Below, piece after piece: positions 39,636 to 50,141 of a stretch of 64,000 nt of DNA. Within the stretch, counting starts at the first letter, position 1. The number at the start of each line of letters is the position of its first letter. The position numbers and the translations under genes are program-made. The notes below the pieces were generated by a model. The model was not told the DNA's origin. It made no database searches and saw only the letters and a program-made list of their open reading frames with translations. Source of the stretch: Spirulina sp. (GTDB taxonomy: Bacteria > Cyanobacteriota > Cyanobacteriia > Phormidesmidales > Phormidesmidaceae); contig JBIPSI010000009.1 of assembly GCA_044070495.1 (NCBI GenBank), positions 32,001-96,000 on the forward strand. The letters run 5' to 3'.

Positions 39636-41216
39636 ATGTCTGCTGTACCGCCGAAACTTCGCCCCTACCAGGTTGAACTGATTAACGACCTCTACCGCAA
39701 GCTGAATGAGGGCCACAGGCGGGTGGCCATTGTGGCGGGAACGGGGGCCGGAAAAACAGTGATTAGCGGCCAAATTTGCGCCCACGCCGAAGCGGCGGGT
39801 AAGCGGCTGATGTTTTTGGTGCATTTAGACGTTCTGGTGGGCCAAACCTACGAAAAAATGAAATCCTTTGGCCTGCACTGCGGTTTCATCAAGGCGGGCT
39901 GGGAGGAAAACCGCGACGCCCCGATTCAGATTGCCAGCATTCAAACCATGGCCAAGCGCCGCTGGTGGAAGCAATGGCCCGCCGATGTAGTGTTCTACGA
40001 CGAGGGCCACATTACCCTCTTCAGCCAGGTGGGCAAGTCGGTGCTGAAGACCTTTCCCAACGCCACCCACCTGGTGATGACCGCCACCCCCGAACGCCTC
40101 GGCAAGGAACAACTGGGGGACGTGATGGATACCCTGGTGGCCTCCCCGGTGCCCAGCACCTTGCAGCACATGGGCTACCTAGCCCCGATGAAGTACTACA
40201 GTATGCCCCCCGATGGCGTTGCCAACCTAAAGGACGTAAAAACCGTCGGCGGCGACTACGACGAGGCGGGGCTGAAAAATGCCTGCGACCGTCCAGAACT
40301 GATTGAAAAAATTGTCACCGAATGGCAGCGCCTCTGCCCTGGCAAGCGCACCATCGCCTTTTGCGTCGATCTGGAACACGCCCGCCATGTGGCCAACGCC
40401 TTCAACGCCGCTGGCATCCCCGCCGCCACCGTGGAAGGAGGCACCCCCATCAAAGAACGCCAGCAGATGTATCAGGATCTGCGTCAAGAAAATATTCTGA
40501 TGCTGACCTCCTGCAATGTGATCAGCATCGGCTTCGATGAACCCAGCGTGGAGGTCGGTCTGCTGCTGCGGCCCACCCAATCCAGCGCATTGCACCTGCA
40601 ACAAATTGGCCGTGTGATGCGAATTTCGCCCCACACGGGCAAGGGCTACGGCATTATCCTCGACCAGGCCGGGAATCTGGAGCGGCTGGGCTTCCCCGAA
40701 GATATTAAGGACTACCACCTACCCGTGCAGGAATCTGGCGGCGGCGGTGGCAAACCGGCCCCCACCAAACCCTGCCCCCAGTGTGGTCGGGTGGTGCTGT
40801 CTTTCATCGCCAAATGCCCCGACTGCGGCCACCAGTGGATCACCGAACGGCCCCTCAACCTAGAGGACATGGTGGAAATCTACTCCGCCGTCCAGGCCCA
40901 CCAAATTACAGATCCATCGATTCTGAGAGATTTATTTCATAGCTGTCGCCGCCGTGCGTATAAACGACGGGATAAGCTTTCTTACGCTGACCATGCATTT
41001 TTTAATTACTGTGGGAAGCATCCACATCCAAGTTGGTATTTGGGATCCTTATTTGGTTCACATCCTAGCTTTGAACAAATGCAAACGTTTTATATCTACC
41101 TTTGTCAAAAAGCCAATAAGCATGGAGACTCCCAAGACTGGATCGTGCAGGAGTTTGAGAAAGAATGCGGCCCCGGTAGTTTTCAACGGCTGGCAGGATT
41201 TCGGCAGGCGATGTAG
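39636..41216 (+). CDS. SF2 DEAD/DEAH helicase (RadD/YejH/phage-type) with C-terminal zinc finger
   Basis: LRPYQ, GTGAGKT, DEGH, TATP, GFDEP, QQIGRVMR, CPQC..CPDC motifs. Confidence 0.92.
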   Translation: MSAVPPKLRPYQVELINDLYRKLNEGHRRVAIVAGTGAGKTVISGQICAHAEAAGKRLMFLVHLDVLVGQTYEKMKSFGLHCGFIKAGWEENRDAPIQIASIQTMAKRRWWKQWPADVVFYDEGHITLFSQVGKSVLKTFPNATHLVMTATPERLGKEQLGDVMDTLVASPVPSTLQHMGYLAPMKYYSMPPDGVANLKDVKTVGGDYDEAGLKNACDRPELIEKIVTEWQRLCPGKRTIAFCVDLEHARHVANAFNAAGIPAATVEGGTPIKERQQMYQDLRQENILMLTSCNVISIGFDEPSVEVGLLLRPTQSSALHLQQIGRVMRISPHTGKGYGIILDQAGNLERLGFPEDIKDYHLPVQESGGGGGKPAPTKPCPQCGRVVLSFIAKCPDCGHQWITERPLNLEDMVEIYSAVQAHQITDPSILRDLFHSCRRRAYKRRDKLSYADHAFFNYCGKHPHPSWYLGSLFGSHPSFEQMQTFYIYLCQKANKHGDSQDWIVQEFEKECGPGSFQRLAGFRQAM

Positions 41217-41395
41217 ACACCGTCCGAAAAACACGGATCCAGGAACTTAGGCGGTGAATTCTGGGCTTGGGCGGTTCCAGGGTTGACCTCGAATTCCTTC
41301 GAGGGCGGCTTTATACTAGCCATGGTGCCCAACCATAAAGTTTAGGCTCAGCGGAGCCCCATGGATGGGAAAAGACGTGGGAGAATAAACACCCT

Positions 41396-42460
41396 GTGCT
41401 CAATGGTAAGAACGGTATGACGGCGTCCACACCCTATTCATCGGAGGCCATTCAATCGGCGCTGCAAATGGGGGAATTGGCCTTTGATCTGCCCGATCCC
41501 AACGATGACGGCATCTCAGACTACGAATTTAACCTTCAGGTAGAAGCCGCCTGGCAGGTGTGCGACCGCTTTGACCTGCAAACCGATATTTGGCGGGGGC
41601 GCATTCTGCGGACGGTGCGAGATCGGGAAAAGCGCGGCGGCGATGGCCGGGGCACAGGCTTCCTCAACTGGCTGAAGGAACGGGAAATTACCAAAAGCTA
41701 CGCCTACAACCTGATTGAACTGGCGGAGAGCGCTGACCAACTGCTGGAATCTGGGATGCTCACCTCCAAGGAGGTGAACCTGTTTAGCAAACGGGCCTTT
41801 TTAGAAACCGCCAAGGCCGCCCCAGAGGTGCAGCAATTGGTGAGCGATTCGGCTCGCAAGGGGGATCACATCACCCGCCGCGAGGTGCGCCAGGTGGCCA
41901 ACGAGTGGGCCGCCATGACCTCCGACCTGATTCCCGAAACCCTTCGGGAGAAGGCCGCCAACAACACCATCCCCAGCCGCTACATCGCCCCCCTGGTGAA
42001 GGAGATGGAGAAGCTGCCCCCCACCCACCAAACCACCCTCAAAACCGAAGTCGAACTCAACCCCGATCTCGACACCCTAAAGCAGGTCACCGCCGAGGCC
42101 CGTTACCTGTCCAAATATTTGGCCTCCGCCAACCAGGTGCAATTGCTGGAAGCGGGCAACTTTGACCTAGAACTCGCCCTAGAGGAAGCCCTGCGGGTGG
42201 GTTGCCTCAATTCCGCCGCCGACATGGTGGCCCAGGCCGCCCAAATTGAACAAACCGCCGTCAAGCTCTATACCGCCTGGAAACGGCTCAACCAACTCTC
42301 GGAGCGCGTTTTTGTGGACAGCGGCGAAAGCACTCCCAACCTCCGCGCCCTGCTCACCGCCCTCGGCCCCATCACGGGCGAAACCGTGCAAGTGCGCCTA
42401 GGGGAAGCCAACAGCGCCACCGCCCAAACCGTTCGCTGGCGGCTGGTTTCGGAGGATTAG
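41396..42460 (+). CDS. Conserved cyanobacterial hypothetical protein
   Basis: Long ORF with LPDP...AW.VCDRFDLQT.IWRG.ILR..RDREK.GG..RG.GFL.WL motif; start may be 41417. Confidence 0.85.
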   Translation: MLNGKNGMTASTPYSSEAIQSALQMGELAFDLPDPNDDGISDYEFNLQVEAAWQVCDRFDLQTDIWRGRILRTVRDREKRGGDGRGTGFLNWLKEREITKSYAYNLIELAESADQLLESGMLTSKEVNLFSKRAFLETAKAAPEVQQLVSDSARKGDHITRREVRQVANEWAAMTSDLIPETLREKAANNTIPSRYIAPLVKEMEKLPPTHQTTLKTEVELNPDLDTLKQVTAEARYLSKYLASANQVQLLEAGNFDLELALEEALRVGCLNSAADMVAQAAQIEQTAVKLYTAWKRLNQLSERVFVDSGESTPNLRALLTALGPITGETVQVRLGEANSATAQTVRWRLVSED

Positions 42461-42571
42461 ACTTGCTCCGAGGATCCTACTCCCCCGCTTGCTCACCCAT
42501 CCATCCGTAGGGGTGAGGTCTCCTCACCCTCCCACGAGCATCTTATCTATCCGAGGCTATCAGGATTGAGC

Positions 42572-43078
42572 CTACGCGAAGGTGAAGGTGAGGCCAAAGG
42601 TTTGGGCAAGGTTGCAGGTTTGGTGGTCGGTGAGGTTGGTGTCGCTGAGTTCTAGGTTGTAAAAGGTGACGCTGGGATGGGTGAAGTATGGCCCCGCGTG
42701 CCAGGTGCCCACCTCTAGCTTAATGAAGCAGTGGCCAGGGATATGAAAGGCTTTTAGGGTCTCAAGATCAGGTTGGTCTGCCTCCCCTGGAGGAGCCACC
42801 GCCATCAGCCAATCCTTGTCCGCCAAGGCTCCTAGACATTGGGTGCAGCGGCGGTGGCGGGTAATGGTACGGAACTCGGTACCGGAGTGGGTGAGAGTCA
42901 TCAGGTAAAGGCGCGGAATACCCTGATTGAGCACCAGTTGGGCATCGGTAGGGCCAAAGGGGCCGCCATCTTGGCTAGGAAAAATCACCTGACCAAAAGG
43001 CGCAAAGGCCTCAGCGGTAATAGGTTCTGCCGTTAAGGTGCGCTGGGTGAGGGTTGGGGAAAACAACGACGAAGTCAT
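42572..43078 (-). CDS. Ureidoglycolate lyase family protein
   Basis: IT.EAFAPFGQVI, TRH...TQCL, GTWHAGP motifs. Confidence 0.85.
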   Translation of the reverse strand: MTSSLFSPTLTQRTLTAEPITAEAFAPFGQVIFPSQDGGPFGPTDAQLVLNQGIPRLYLMTLTHSGTEFRTITRHRRCTQCLGALADKDWLMAVAPPGEADQPDLETLKAFHIPGHCFIKLEVGTWHAGPYFTHPSVTFYNLELSDTNLTDHQTCNLAQTFGLTFTFA

Positions 43079-43325
43079 GGCATCAATCGATGGGGAACCG
43101 TCCCCATTGTAGGAAGTTGGGACAGTGCTTTAGGATGCCCCGCATTGCACCTGGACTCGGCAGAACTGTTACGCTTTTTAATCACTCCTTGGCTATATAG
43201 AAACCTTTTCGTTAGAATCACCCCAATTCCTAAGTCCCAATTCTCCCAAACCCAAGTTTTCCCAGGATCGAATTTTCCCAGGATCCAAGACTACTTTTGA
43301 GTTCTCTCCCCACTTCCGTTGTGCC

Positions 43326-43943
43326 ATGGCTGCCCTAACTTCCCCCGAATTGCTGAGCCACATTCCCGCCGAACATTTGAATATTATGGGCTACGTCAAT
43401 GAGTCGGAGGTGAACGGCCCCGGCTGTCGGGCGGTGGTGTGGGTGCAGGGCTGTTTGCTCCATTGTCCGGGCTGTTTTAATCCGGCGAGCTGGAGTTTTG
43501 AGGAAAATCAGATCGTGGCGGTGGAGGACTTGGCCCAGCGCATCTTGGCGAATCCCAAAAATCAGGGCGTCACCTTTTCCGGCGGCGAGCCCTTTTGGCA
43601 GGCTACGGCCCTGGCCCGGTTGGCGGCTTTGGTGAAGGCCCATGGGTTGACGGTGATGTCGTTTACGGGGTTTACCCTAGAAAAGCTGCGGTCTGCCGAT
43701 GCGCCCCCCGGTGCCCAGGATTTGCTTGCCCAGCTTGATCTATTAATTGACGGGCCGTTTGTGGAATCCCAGGCGGTAAATTCCCCCGATTCTCCGGTAT
43801 CGTCGCGCAATCAGCGGGTTCACATCTTCAACCCCGCCCTAGAAAACGCCATTACCTGGGCCAGCGACCAGCTAGAGGTTCACATTTTCAAAGATGGTAG
43901 CCGCATCGTCACCGGGTACCGGGGGCAACTGCTGACCGAGTAG
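43326..43943 (+). CDS. NrdG-like radical SAM protein
   Basis: VNGPG.R.VVWVQGCLLHCPGCFN, SGGEPF, DGPF, SSRNQR motifs. Confidence 0.9.
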   Translation: MAALTSPELLSHIPAEHLNIMGYVNESEVNGPGCRAVVWVQGCLLHCPGCFNPASWSFEENQIVAVEDLAQRILANPKNQGVTFSGGEPFWQATALARLAALVKAHGLTVMSFTGFTLEKLRSADAPPGAQDLLAQLDLLIDGPFVESQAVNSPDSPVSSRNQRVHIFNPALENAITWASDQLEVHIFKDGSRIVTGYRGQLLTE

Positions 43944-44583
43944 CCGACGGGCAGAGATCCGCCAGGGTGCAATCCCTACAGTTGGGGCTGCGGGCCATAC
44001 ACACCGCCCGTCCGTGGTAGACCAGGCGGATCGACCAGTTTTCCCAGTCGGGCTGGGGCAGCAGTTTCATCAGGTCGCGCTCGATTTTAATCGGATCGCT
44101 GTGCTGGGTGAGGCCGAGGCGGTTGGTGAGGCGTTTGACGTGGGTATCCACCGTGACCCCAGCGTTGATGCCAAAACCGTGGGCCAGCACCACGTTGGCG
44201 GTTTTGCGGGCCACCCCCGCCAGGGTCAGCAGGTCGTCCATGGTGTTGGGCACTTCGCCGCTGTACTCAGTGACAATGCGCTGGCAGGCGGCCCGGATGT
44301 TTTTGGCCTTATTGCGATAGAAGCCCGTGGATTTAATCAGGCCTTCCAAATCGGCCAGGTCGGCCTCGGCAAAGGCGTAGACATTGGGGTAGGCGGCAAA
44401 CAGGGCGGGGGTGACTTTGTTGACCCGTTCATCGGTGCATTGGGCCGACAAAATCGTGGCCACCATTAGTTGCAGGGTGGTCTCAAAGTCTAGGGAGCAG
44501 GGCGCTTCAGGGTAGAGTTCCTTGAGGCGGCGCAAAATTTCCAGGGCACGTTGCTTTTTGGGGGGGCGACGGGGGGCACTCAC
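43909..44583 (-). CDS. nth: Endonuclease III
   Basis: ILSAQCTD, HhH GVARKTA, VDTHV and C-X6-C-X2-C-X5-C cluster. Confidence 0.96.
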   Translation of the reverse strand: MSAPRRPPKKQRALEILRRLKELYPEAPCSLDFETTLQLMVATILSAQCTDERVNKVTPALFAAYPNVYAFAEADLADLEGLIKSTGFYRNKAKNIRAACQRIVTEYSGEVPNTMDDLLTLAGVARKTANVVLAHGFGINAGVTVDTHVKRLTNRLGLTQHSDPIKIERDLMKLLPQPDWENWSIRLVYHGRAVCMARSPNCRDCTLADLCPSATRSAVAPGTR

Positions 44584-44586
44584 GGG

Positions 44587-45678
44587 CTACTGACGCAGGT
44601 TTTGGAAAATCTCAAGCTGGGTGGTGTCGCGCACGATTAGAAACACGCCTAAGCCCAGCAGCAGCACCAGACCCGTCTGCATCACGTTTTCTTGCAGGCG
44701 GTCGGGCAGGGGTTTGCCGCGCAGGGCTTCTACCAGCAAAAAGGCCAGTTGGCCCCCATCTAGGGCGGGCAGGGGCAGGATGTTGATAATCGCCAGGTTG
44801 ATGCTGATGATGGCGGTGAAGGGAAACAGCATGGCTAGGCTAGATTCCGCCAGTCCCGCCCCCTGCTCCACAATTTTGACCGGGCCAGCCACCTGGTTGG
44901 CCATTTCGCCAAAGTTAGTCACCAGCATGACAAAGCCATTCACCGTGCGCACCAGCATGTCTTGGAACTGCTTGGCGGCCAGGCTCAACACTTCAATCGG
45001 CCCCGTGGGGCGACGGTAGCCAAAGTCGCCGTTAGGCTGAAGCTGCACCCCAATCACCGCATTGCCATCGGGGCCAGGGACGGGGGTAACGGTGACTTCA
45101 AACTCGCGACTACCCCGCTGCACCGTGAGATCCACGGGCTGGTTGGGGCTGTCTTTGATCAGCTGAATAAAGGTGGGAATGGTGTCGTCACTGCCATCTA
45201 GAGATGCGCCGTTGGCCTCTAGCAAAATATCCCCAGGGCGCAGGCCAGCCTGGGCGGCGGGGGAGGTATCAGAGACCACCTGGGGAATGACGATACCGGG
45301 CTGAGGATCGAAGGTTTCGGGGATGCCCACGGTGGTGAACTGGGCCACAAACACCAGGTAGGCAAACACCAGGTTGGCAATCACCCCGGCACTAATCACA
45401 ATCGCCCGGTCGAGGATGGGCCGATTGCGCAGCAGGTCGGGATCGTTGGGGGGAATCTCGCTGTCGGGGTCGTCGTCGGGGAAACCCACAAACCCGCCCA
45501 GGGGGATGGCCCGCAGGGAATACTCGGTTTCAGCACCCTGGTACTTCCATAGAATGGGGCCAAAGCCAATGGCAAAGCGGTTGACATGGATGCCCTGGAG
45601 CCGAGCCGCCAGGAAATGACCCGCTTCGTGAACAGCAACCAAGAGGGCAATGACGGCGATGGCGGCGAGAACGGACAT
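44587..45678 (-). CDS. rseP: RIP metalloprotease RseP
   Basis: HEAGH, PDZ domain, NILPLPALDGG motifs. Confidence 0.95.
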   Translation of the reverse strand: MSVLAAIAVIALLVAVHEAGHFLAARLQGIHVNRFAIGFGPILWKYQGAETEYSLRAIPLGGFVGFPDDDPDSEIPPNDPDLLRNRPILDRAIVISAGVIANLVFAYLVFVAQFTTVGIPETFDPQPGIVIPQVVSDTSPAAQAGLRPGDILLEANGASLDGSDDTIPTFIQLIKDSPNQPVDLTVQRGSREFEVTVTPVPGPDGNAVIGVQLQPNGDFGYRRPTGPIEVLSLAAKQFQDMLVRTVNGFVMLVTNFGEMANQVAGPVKIVEQGAGLAESSLAMLFPFTAIISINLAIINILPLPALDGGQLAFLLVEALRGKPLPDRLQENVMQTGLVLLLGLGVFLIVRDTTQLEIFQNLRQ

Positions 45679-45808
45679 AGGCTACCCGGTGCGTGACAAT
45701 AATTTCCCTATTCTAGCGCTCGCCATGGCGGTGAATGGGAAATGGGATCGGCTATCCGCCACCGATGTCATGTCTAGGAAGCCTTTTGAGAGGATCCTGC
45801 TGAATTGA

Positions 45809-46564
45809 CTACTGAATTAAGGCGTCGGCTACCCCTTCTAGCACTCGCGTCACCGGGTGGTCGGGATATCTGAGGGCGAAGATACCGCCGCTGGCTAGCA
45901 CCATCAAATCATCGGAGTGGGGAATCACCCCCGCCACCGTAGCCCTGTAGGTGGCCTCTACCTTCGTCTTCAGTTCGTCAAAGTCGAACACATCGGGGGC
46001 TTTGTTCACCGCAATCAGCAGCTTTTCCACCTGAAGTTTGCGGGCCACATCCACGGTAACGGCGGTGCCTTGGTAGTCCTGTTGGTCGGGTCGCAGCAAC
46101 AGCAGTAGAACGTTGGAAATGGTGATGGACAGCAGGGTTTCTTCGTTTAGCCCTGGGTGGGTGTCGATGATGAGGTAATCGAGCTTGAAATCCTTGATGA
46201 CTTTTCGATAGCCGTCGTTGAGGCGGTTGACATCGTAGCCCTCCCGCAGCACGCGGGCAATGTCGCTGGTTTTGATGCTAGAAGGCAGCAAAAATAACCC
46301 GCCCCCATTCCCCGTGGTGAGCAGGTGGGAGATATCGTAGACGGCGTCTTTAACGTCGATTTTTCCCCAGAGATAGTCGTTGAGGGAGGCCTGGATGCTA
46401 TCTTTGCCAAACCCAAACAGAACATGCACCCCAGGGGACTGAATATCGGTGTCTACCACCGCCACCCGAAAGCCCTTTTGGGCCAAAATCACTGCCAGGT
46501 TGGAGACGGTATTCGATTTTCCCGTGCCCCCCCGATAGGAGTGAATTGAAATAATTTGTGCCAT
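45809..46564 (-). CDS. MinD/ParA family ATPase
   Basis: HSYRGGTGKS, VVDTD, IIDTHPG motifs. Confidence 0.88.
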   Translation of the reverse strand: MAQIISIHSYRGGTGKSNTVSNLAVILAQKGFRVAVVDTDIQSPGVHVLFGFGKDSIQASLNDYLWGKIDVKDAVYDISHLLTTGNGGGLFLLPSSIKTSDIARVLREGYDVNRLNDGYRKVIKDFKLDYLIIDTHPGLNEETLLSITISNVLLLLLRPDQQDYQGTAVTVDVARKLQVEKLLIAVNKAPDVFDFDELKTKVEATYRATVAGVIPHSDDLMVLASGGIFALRYPDHPVTRVLEGVADALIQ

Positions 46565-46965
46565 AGAACAGAATCCCTAACCCCTTTCTAATAATGCCCA
46601 GCCTTGGGGGCCGCTAGGACGGCTACCGTTCCCCTAAGGCGATGGCCTAAGGTTTTCCTAGCATCCCAGTGACACGGTGTTCCGGTCACAGAACCCAGCC
46701 ACCCCAGACTACCCATTCCCTAGGATGCCCCCTTAGGCCGCGAATCTTAAGGTTGAGTGAGCCGCCTAAACTCCCCCATTATGCTTTTACGGTGTACGCT
46801 AGGTTCCCTCAGGATGGCGCAATTCCTTTACAGAATAGCGCCTCAATGGCGATGGCGCTTTGGCCAGAGAGCCTGGGAACCACAGTGACCTGTCCATGGA
46901 CTTTGCAGACCATAGATCATGGAACTTGACCCTTGGGAACTTGAACGTTACGGATCGAGGATTAG

Positions 46966-47754
46966 ATGGGGCTAGATATTCTACTGCTGACAATCTACTT
47001 CATCTGTATTGGCTATTTGGGCTACCAAATGGTGCTGTCGGTGGAGGCGGAAATGGAGGATCTCGTCACCTTCATCCCCGATCCCGATGCCCTAGGCACC
47101 GCCCTGGCGGATCAGCTCACCCGCCAGGGGCTTTCGGCGGATTTGGGGCAGGTGGTGATGGAACTACCGTCACCGCTCAAACCCCAGGTGGGTGCGGTGG
47201 TAATGCCGCCGCCCCTGCGGTCTGATGCTCCCAATTCTCAGGCTGAAAATGCCCTGATTGCTGTGCAGGTACTCCCCCAGGGGCCTCAACCCATCAAGCC
47301 CTTGGCGGGGCTAACGGTGCAGGTACTTAACCAAACCCAGGGTTTCCTGGTAGTGGTGGATTGGGATCGCAGTTCCTTTACCCAGATGACCAACCAAGCC
47401 CAACGGGTGATTCGCTATACCCCCGGCACGCGGCTCGATCTGGGTCTGCCCCAGGTAACCAGCGTGGTCAATCCGAACCAATTGTTGAGTGCCGTGGCTA
47501 CCAGCGAAGCGACCTTCAGCCTCAATCCTGAGACCCAACTGCTGCAACCCTCTACGCCGTTGATCGATGCCAACCGCCTGCTCAGTGTGCCGCCCCCGGC
47601 ACGGGTCTATGCCCTAGACCTAGCGCTGAGCATTACCCCTGTCCTGGGTCGGGGGGCGCGTCCGGTGGTGTTGCTGCTACCCTTCCGCTTTCGGGTCGAA
47701 CGCCTACTCGCCAAGCCCCCGATTCCCTACCTCAGGTGGTTTATGAAGCGGTAA
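46966..47754 (+). CDS. Membrane-anchored hypothetical protein
   Basis: N-terminal TM helix; VDWDRSS...RVIR core. Confidence 0.75.
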   Translation: MGLDILLLTIYFICIGYLGYQMVLSVEAEMEDLVTFIPDPDALGTALADQLTRQGLSADLGQVVMELPSPLKPQVGAVVMPPPLRSDAPNSQAENALIAVQVLPQGPQPIKPLAGLTVQVLNQTQGFLVVVDWDRSSFTQMTNQAQRVIRYTPGTRLDLGLPQVTSVVNPNQLLSAVATSEATFSLNPETQLLQPSTPLIDANRLLSVPPPARVYALDLALSITPVLGRGARPVVLLLPFRFRVERLLAKPPIPYLRWFMKR

Positions 47755-47831
47755 GCCACACCCCCGCCCCCTTTTCCAGGGAGCCAAGGATTAGCAATCC
47801 AAGGCTCGAAGCAGCAATTTTCTCACGAGAA

Positions 47832-47867
47832 TTGGGAATCGGGCTTGGGAATCGGGCTTGGGAATCG
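47832..47867. repeat. 13-bp tandem repeat (~2.8 copies)
   Basis: TTGGGAATCGGGC units. Confidence 0.75.
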
Positions 47868-47952
47868 AAAAATTGTCGTGAATCTCCTGGCTTTCTGGAT
47901 CGGGAAACCGGGGGCAACGATCCCTTAGTTATAGACGGTTGGTTATAGACGA

Positions 47953-48381
47953 TCAGGCCGAGGTCTGATCCCAAAGGGCGAGGGTTTGGCGGCAGCATTG
48001 CTTCAGCCGTTCTCCGCAGGTGGCATCCGGCGCAGTTTGGCCGGAAAAATCCCAGTGGTTAATAGTGGAGAGGGTCCACTGCTTGCCGCGATGGTCAAAC
48101 CCGGCCACCTCTAGGCCAATCACCCGCCGTTCGTGGGTTTCGGGATCGGTGTGCAACCGAATTTGAACCAGCAAGCTACGGCAGCGAAACAAACGGCTAA
48201 CGCCCGGAAAGTGAAAGCCTAGGTCGATGGAGTCGGGATCCACGAGATCGCGGGTTTCCCGATCATTGGCCCAGGGTTTTAGGTCAACCCGAAGGTCGGG
48301 GAATTCGCCCTTAAAGAGGCCGACCACGGTGGCAATTTTGCTGGCAAATTCGATGCTATTGGCCTGTTCTGCTGCGTTCAC
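47953..48381 (-). CDS. Conserved cyanobacterial hypothetical protein
   Basis: NAAEQA....ASKIA..V.LFK.EFPD...DLKPW.ND..T...DPDSID.GFHFPG; GTG start chosen. Confidence 0.8.
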   Translation of the reverse strand: MNAAEQANSIEFASKIATVVGLFKGEFPDLRVDLKPWANDRETRDLVDPDSIDLGFHFPGVSRLFRCRSLLVQIRLHTDPETHERRVIGLEVAGFDHRGKQWTLSTINHWDFSGQTAPDATCGERLKQCCRQTLALWDQTSA

Positions 48382-48491
48382 GCTGCCTGCGACAAAAGTA
48401 GGTTGGCTTTCAGAATAGGATAGCGTTTTGTTTACAACAGTTAACTGGTTAACCAAACGGCGGCCTGCCGATCCCCAACCCTCGTCGAAGC

Positions 48492-49190
48492 CTACTGGCC
48501 AACAGTGAGATCGGCCTGGCAGGTATTCAGCATCCGCAGGTCGTTCTCAGACAGGGTTTCAAGGGCGTGGAAGCCGCTGAGGCTGAGGGGGGCAAGACCG
48601 TTTTGGAACTGCGTGGTGGCAATGGGGCTTTGGGCGTCTAGGGCGATGCTGTAGGGGTAGGCTTCCTGGCTGTAGCTATCGATGATGGTCATGGCGAGGG
48701 CGTTACCCTCCACCCGTCCACGGAAGCAATCGAAGGAAGAGCCTGGAAAGTACAGTGCGCCATAGATGTCTTGGCCATCACTGTTGAGGACAATGTAGCC
48801 GCTGCCAATCTGGTCGGGATCGGGGGATTGGCCAAAGAGATACTGCCCCGGTTCTGGGAAGGATCGGGCTGAAGCCGTTTGGGCCAAAGCGGGAACCGGG
48901 GCCTCTAGGGCCAGTTCGAGGGACATTGCCTCATTATGGTTAGCCTGGGCCTCTAGCCCCAAACCCATGGCCACTACACAGGCTGCCACCACCCCAGCCC
49001 GCGCCAGGGTTCGGGGAGCAATTCTCAGCCAGCGGAGGGGAGATGACAAGGATTTCGATAGCGTCATGGATGCGAGCATTGTAATGTCCCTCCTTACTCC
49101 TAAAGTTCTAAATTCTGGCCTGGGCTTTAGTGACTGATCCTGATCTGAACTTAGTTCAATCAGGAGGCAGGCTAAGCCTGAAACCAACAC
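48492..49190 (-). CDS. Exported hypothetical protein; true start probably ~49079
   Basis: Signal-like segment; G.YLFGQSP.PDQIG..Y.V and YFP.SSFDCF.G motifs. Confidence 0.75.
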   Translation of the reverse strand: MLVSGLACLLIELSSDQDQSLKPRPEFRTLGVRRDITMLASMTLSKSLSSPLRWLRIAPRTLARAGVVAACVVAMGLGLEAQANHNEAMSLELALEAPVPALAQTASARSFPEPGQYLFGQSPDPDQIGSGYIVLNSDGQDIYGALYFPGSSFDCFRGRVEGNALAMTIIDSYSQEAYPYSIALDAQSPIATTQFQNGLAPLSLSGFHALETLSENDLRMLNTCQADLTVGQ

Positions 49191-49553
49191 CCCTATCTCA
49201 GATTAAGAGCAAGTTTTGCGGCCTCTAGATTCAATGTAGTAGAACAGCTTGACCCAGATGGGGAATGATTCCCGACCGTAACAACTCTTTGAATAAGGGT
49301 GAGCCCATTAGCAATAAGCCAATACATTCTAGGAAGTTTCCTAGGCCGAATCCGAGTTTTTCTTTGGGCACAGTTTTGTTATATCGGGAACGGCTCGACC
49401 CCACCCGACCTAAGGTGCCACCTCTTAAATTGTCAGCCTAAATTGCTCACCTCAATGGTCGGTGATGGGTGTGTGGCATGGGTGAGGAATATAGGCCCTA
49501 GATGGGTTTATCTAGGGGCAGAGGGGACCATTGATAGCAAGATTCGGTGGCAG

Positions 49554-50033
49554 CTACCTTTGCAGGAGCGTAAACAGCCCCTCTTCGATGTCGTAGCCCA
49601 GCATTTGAGTCATAAATTTCAACTTGGTGGAGTTGAAGTGCCCCTGCTGCTGAAGCCATGGGGCAATCACAAAAATCTTCTGCATGACAAAGATTTCCAG
49701 GGCTTCGGGGTTGTAACGAATGCCATCGGCGGGGCTGAATTGGTGGGGCACCAGCATGGCAGCATAGCGCCCTAGTTCGCCCGCCTCCCAGTCCAGCACA
49801 AAGGGTAGCCAAGGGTATTGGCTATCCAGACGAATGAACCAAAGCCGCACCTCTGGCAGTTCCGACAGTTCCCTGGGGTCGGTGGGGTCGCGGGGAATGT
49901 CGATGTCAAACCGCAGCCCGTCCACCTCAGCAATCCCCTTTTCGCTGGCCAGTAGGGGTTCAATCACCGCTGTAGCGGGGCTGAGGTCGAGGGTTTGCAG
50001 GTGGCTTTCGCGGAGGGTAATGGTGTGGGCCAT
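49554..50033 (-). CDS. CRR6 family NdhI maturation factor (DUF1817)
   Basis: DPRELSE.PEVRLWFIRLD..YPWLP...RYAAMLVPHQF....GI.YNPEALEIF motif. Confidence 0.9.
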   Translation of the reverse strand: MAHTITLRESHLQTLDLSPATAVIEPLLASEKGIAEVDGLRFDIDIPRDPTDPRELSELPEVRLWFIRLDSQYPWLPFVLDWEAGELGRYAAMLVPHQFSPADGIRYNPEALEIFVMQKIFVIAPWLQQQGHFNSTKLKFMTQMLGYDIEEGLFTLLQR

Positions 50034-50141
50034 GGGGAACGAGCTAGGATGAACAGCCTCTATTGTGGCAGAGGGGGGTGGCAGAGGGGAAAGAGCGTGC
50101 CATGATGGGTAACGGTTTTTCTGTCGGATGGGCTTTGCCGA

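Noticed and set aside
37661..41216. Genomic island integrated at tRNA-Lys
   Set aside because: No integrase and no duplicated tRNA 3' end were seen, and composition is mostly host-like.
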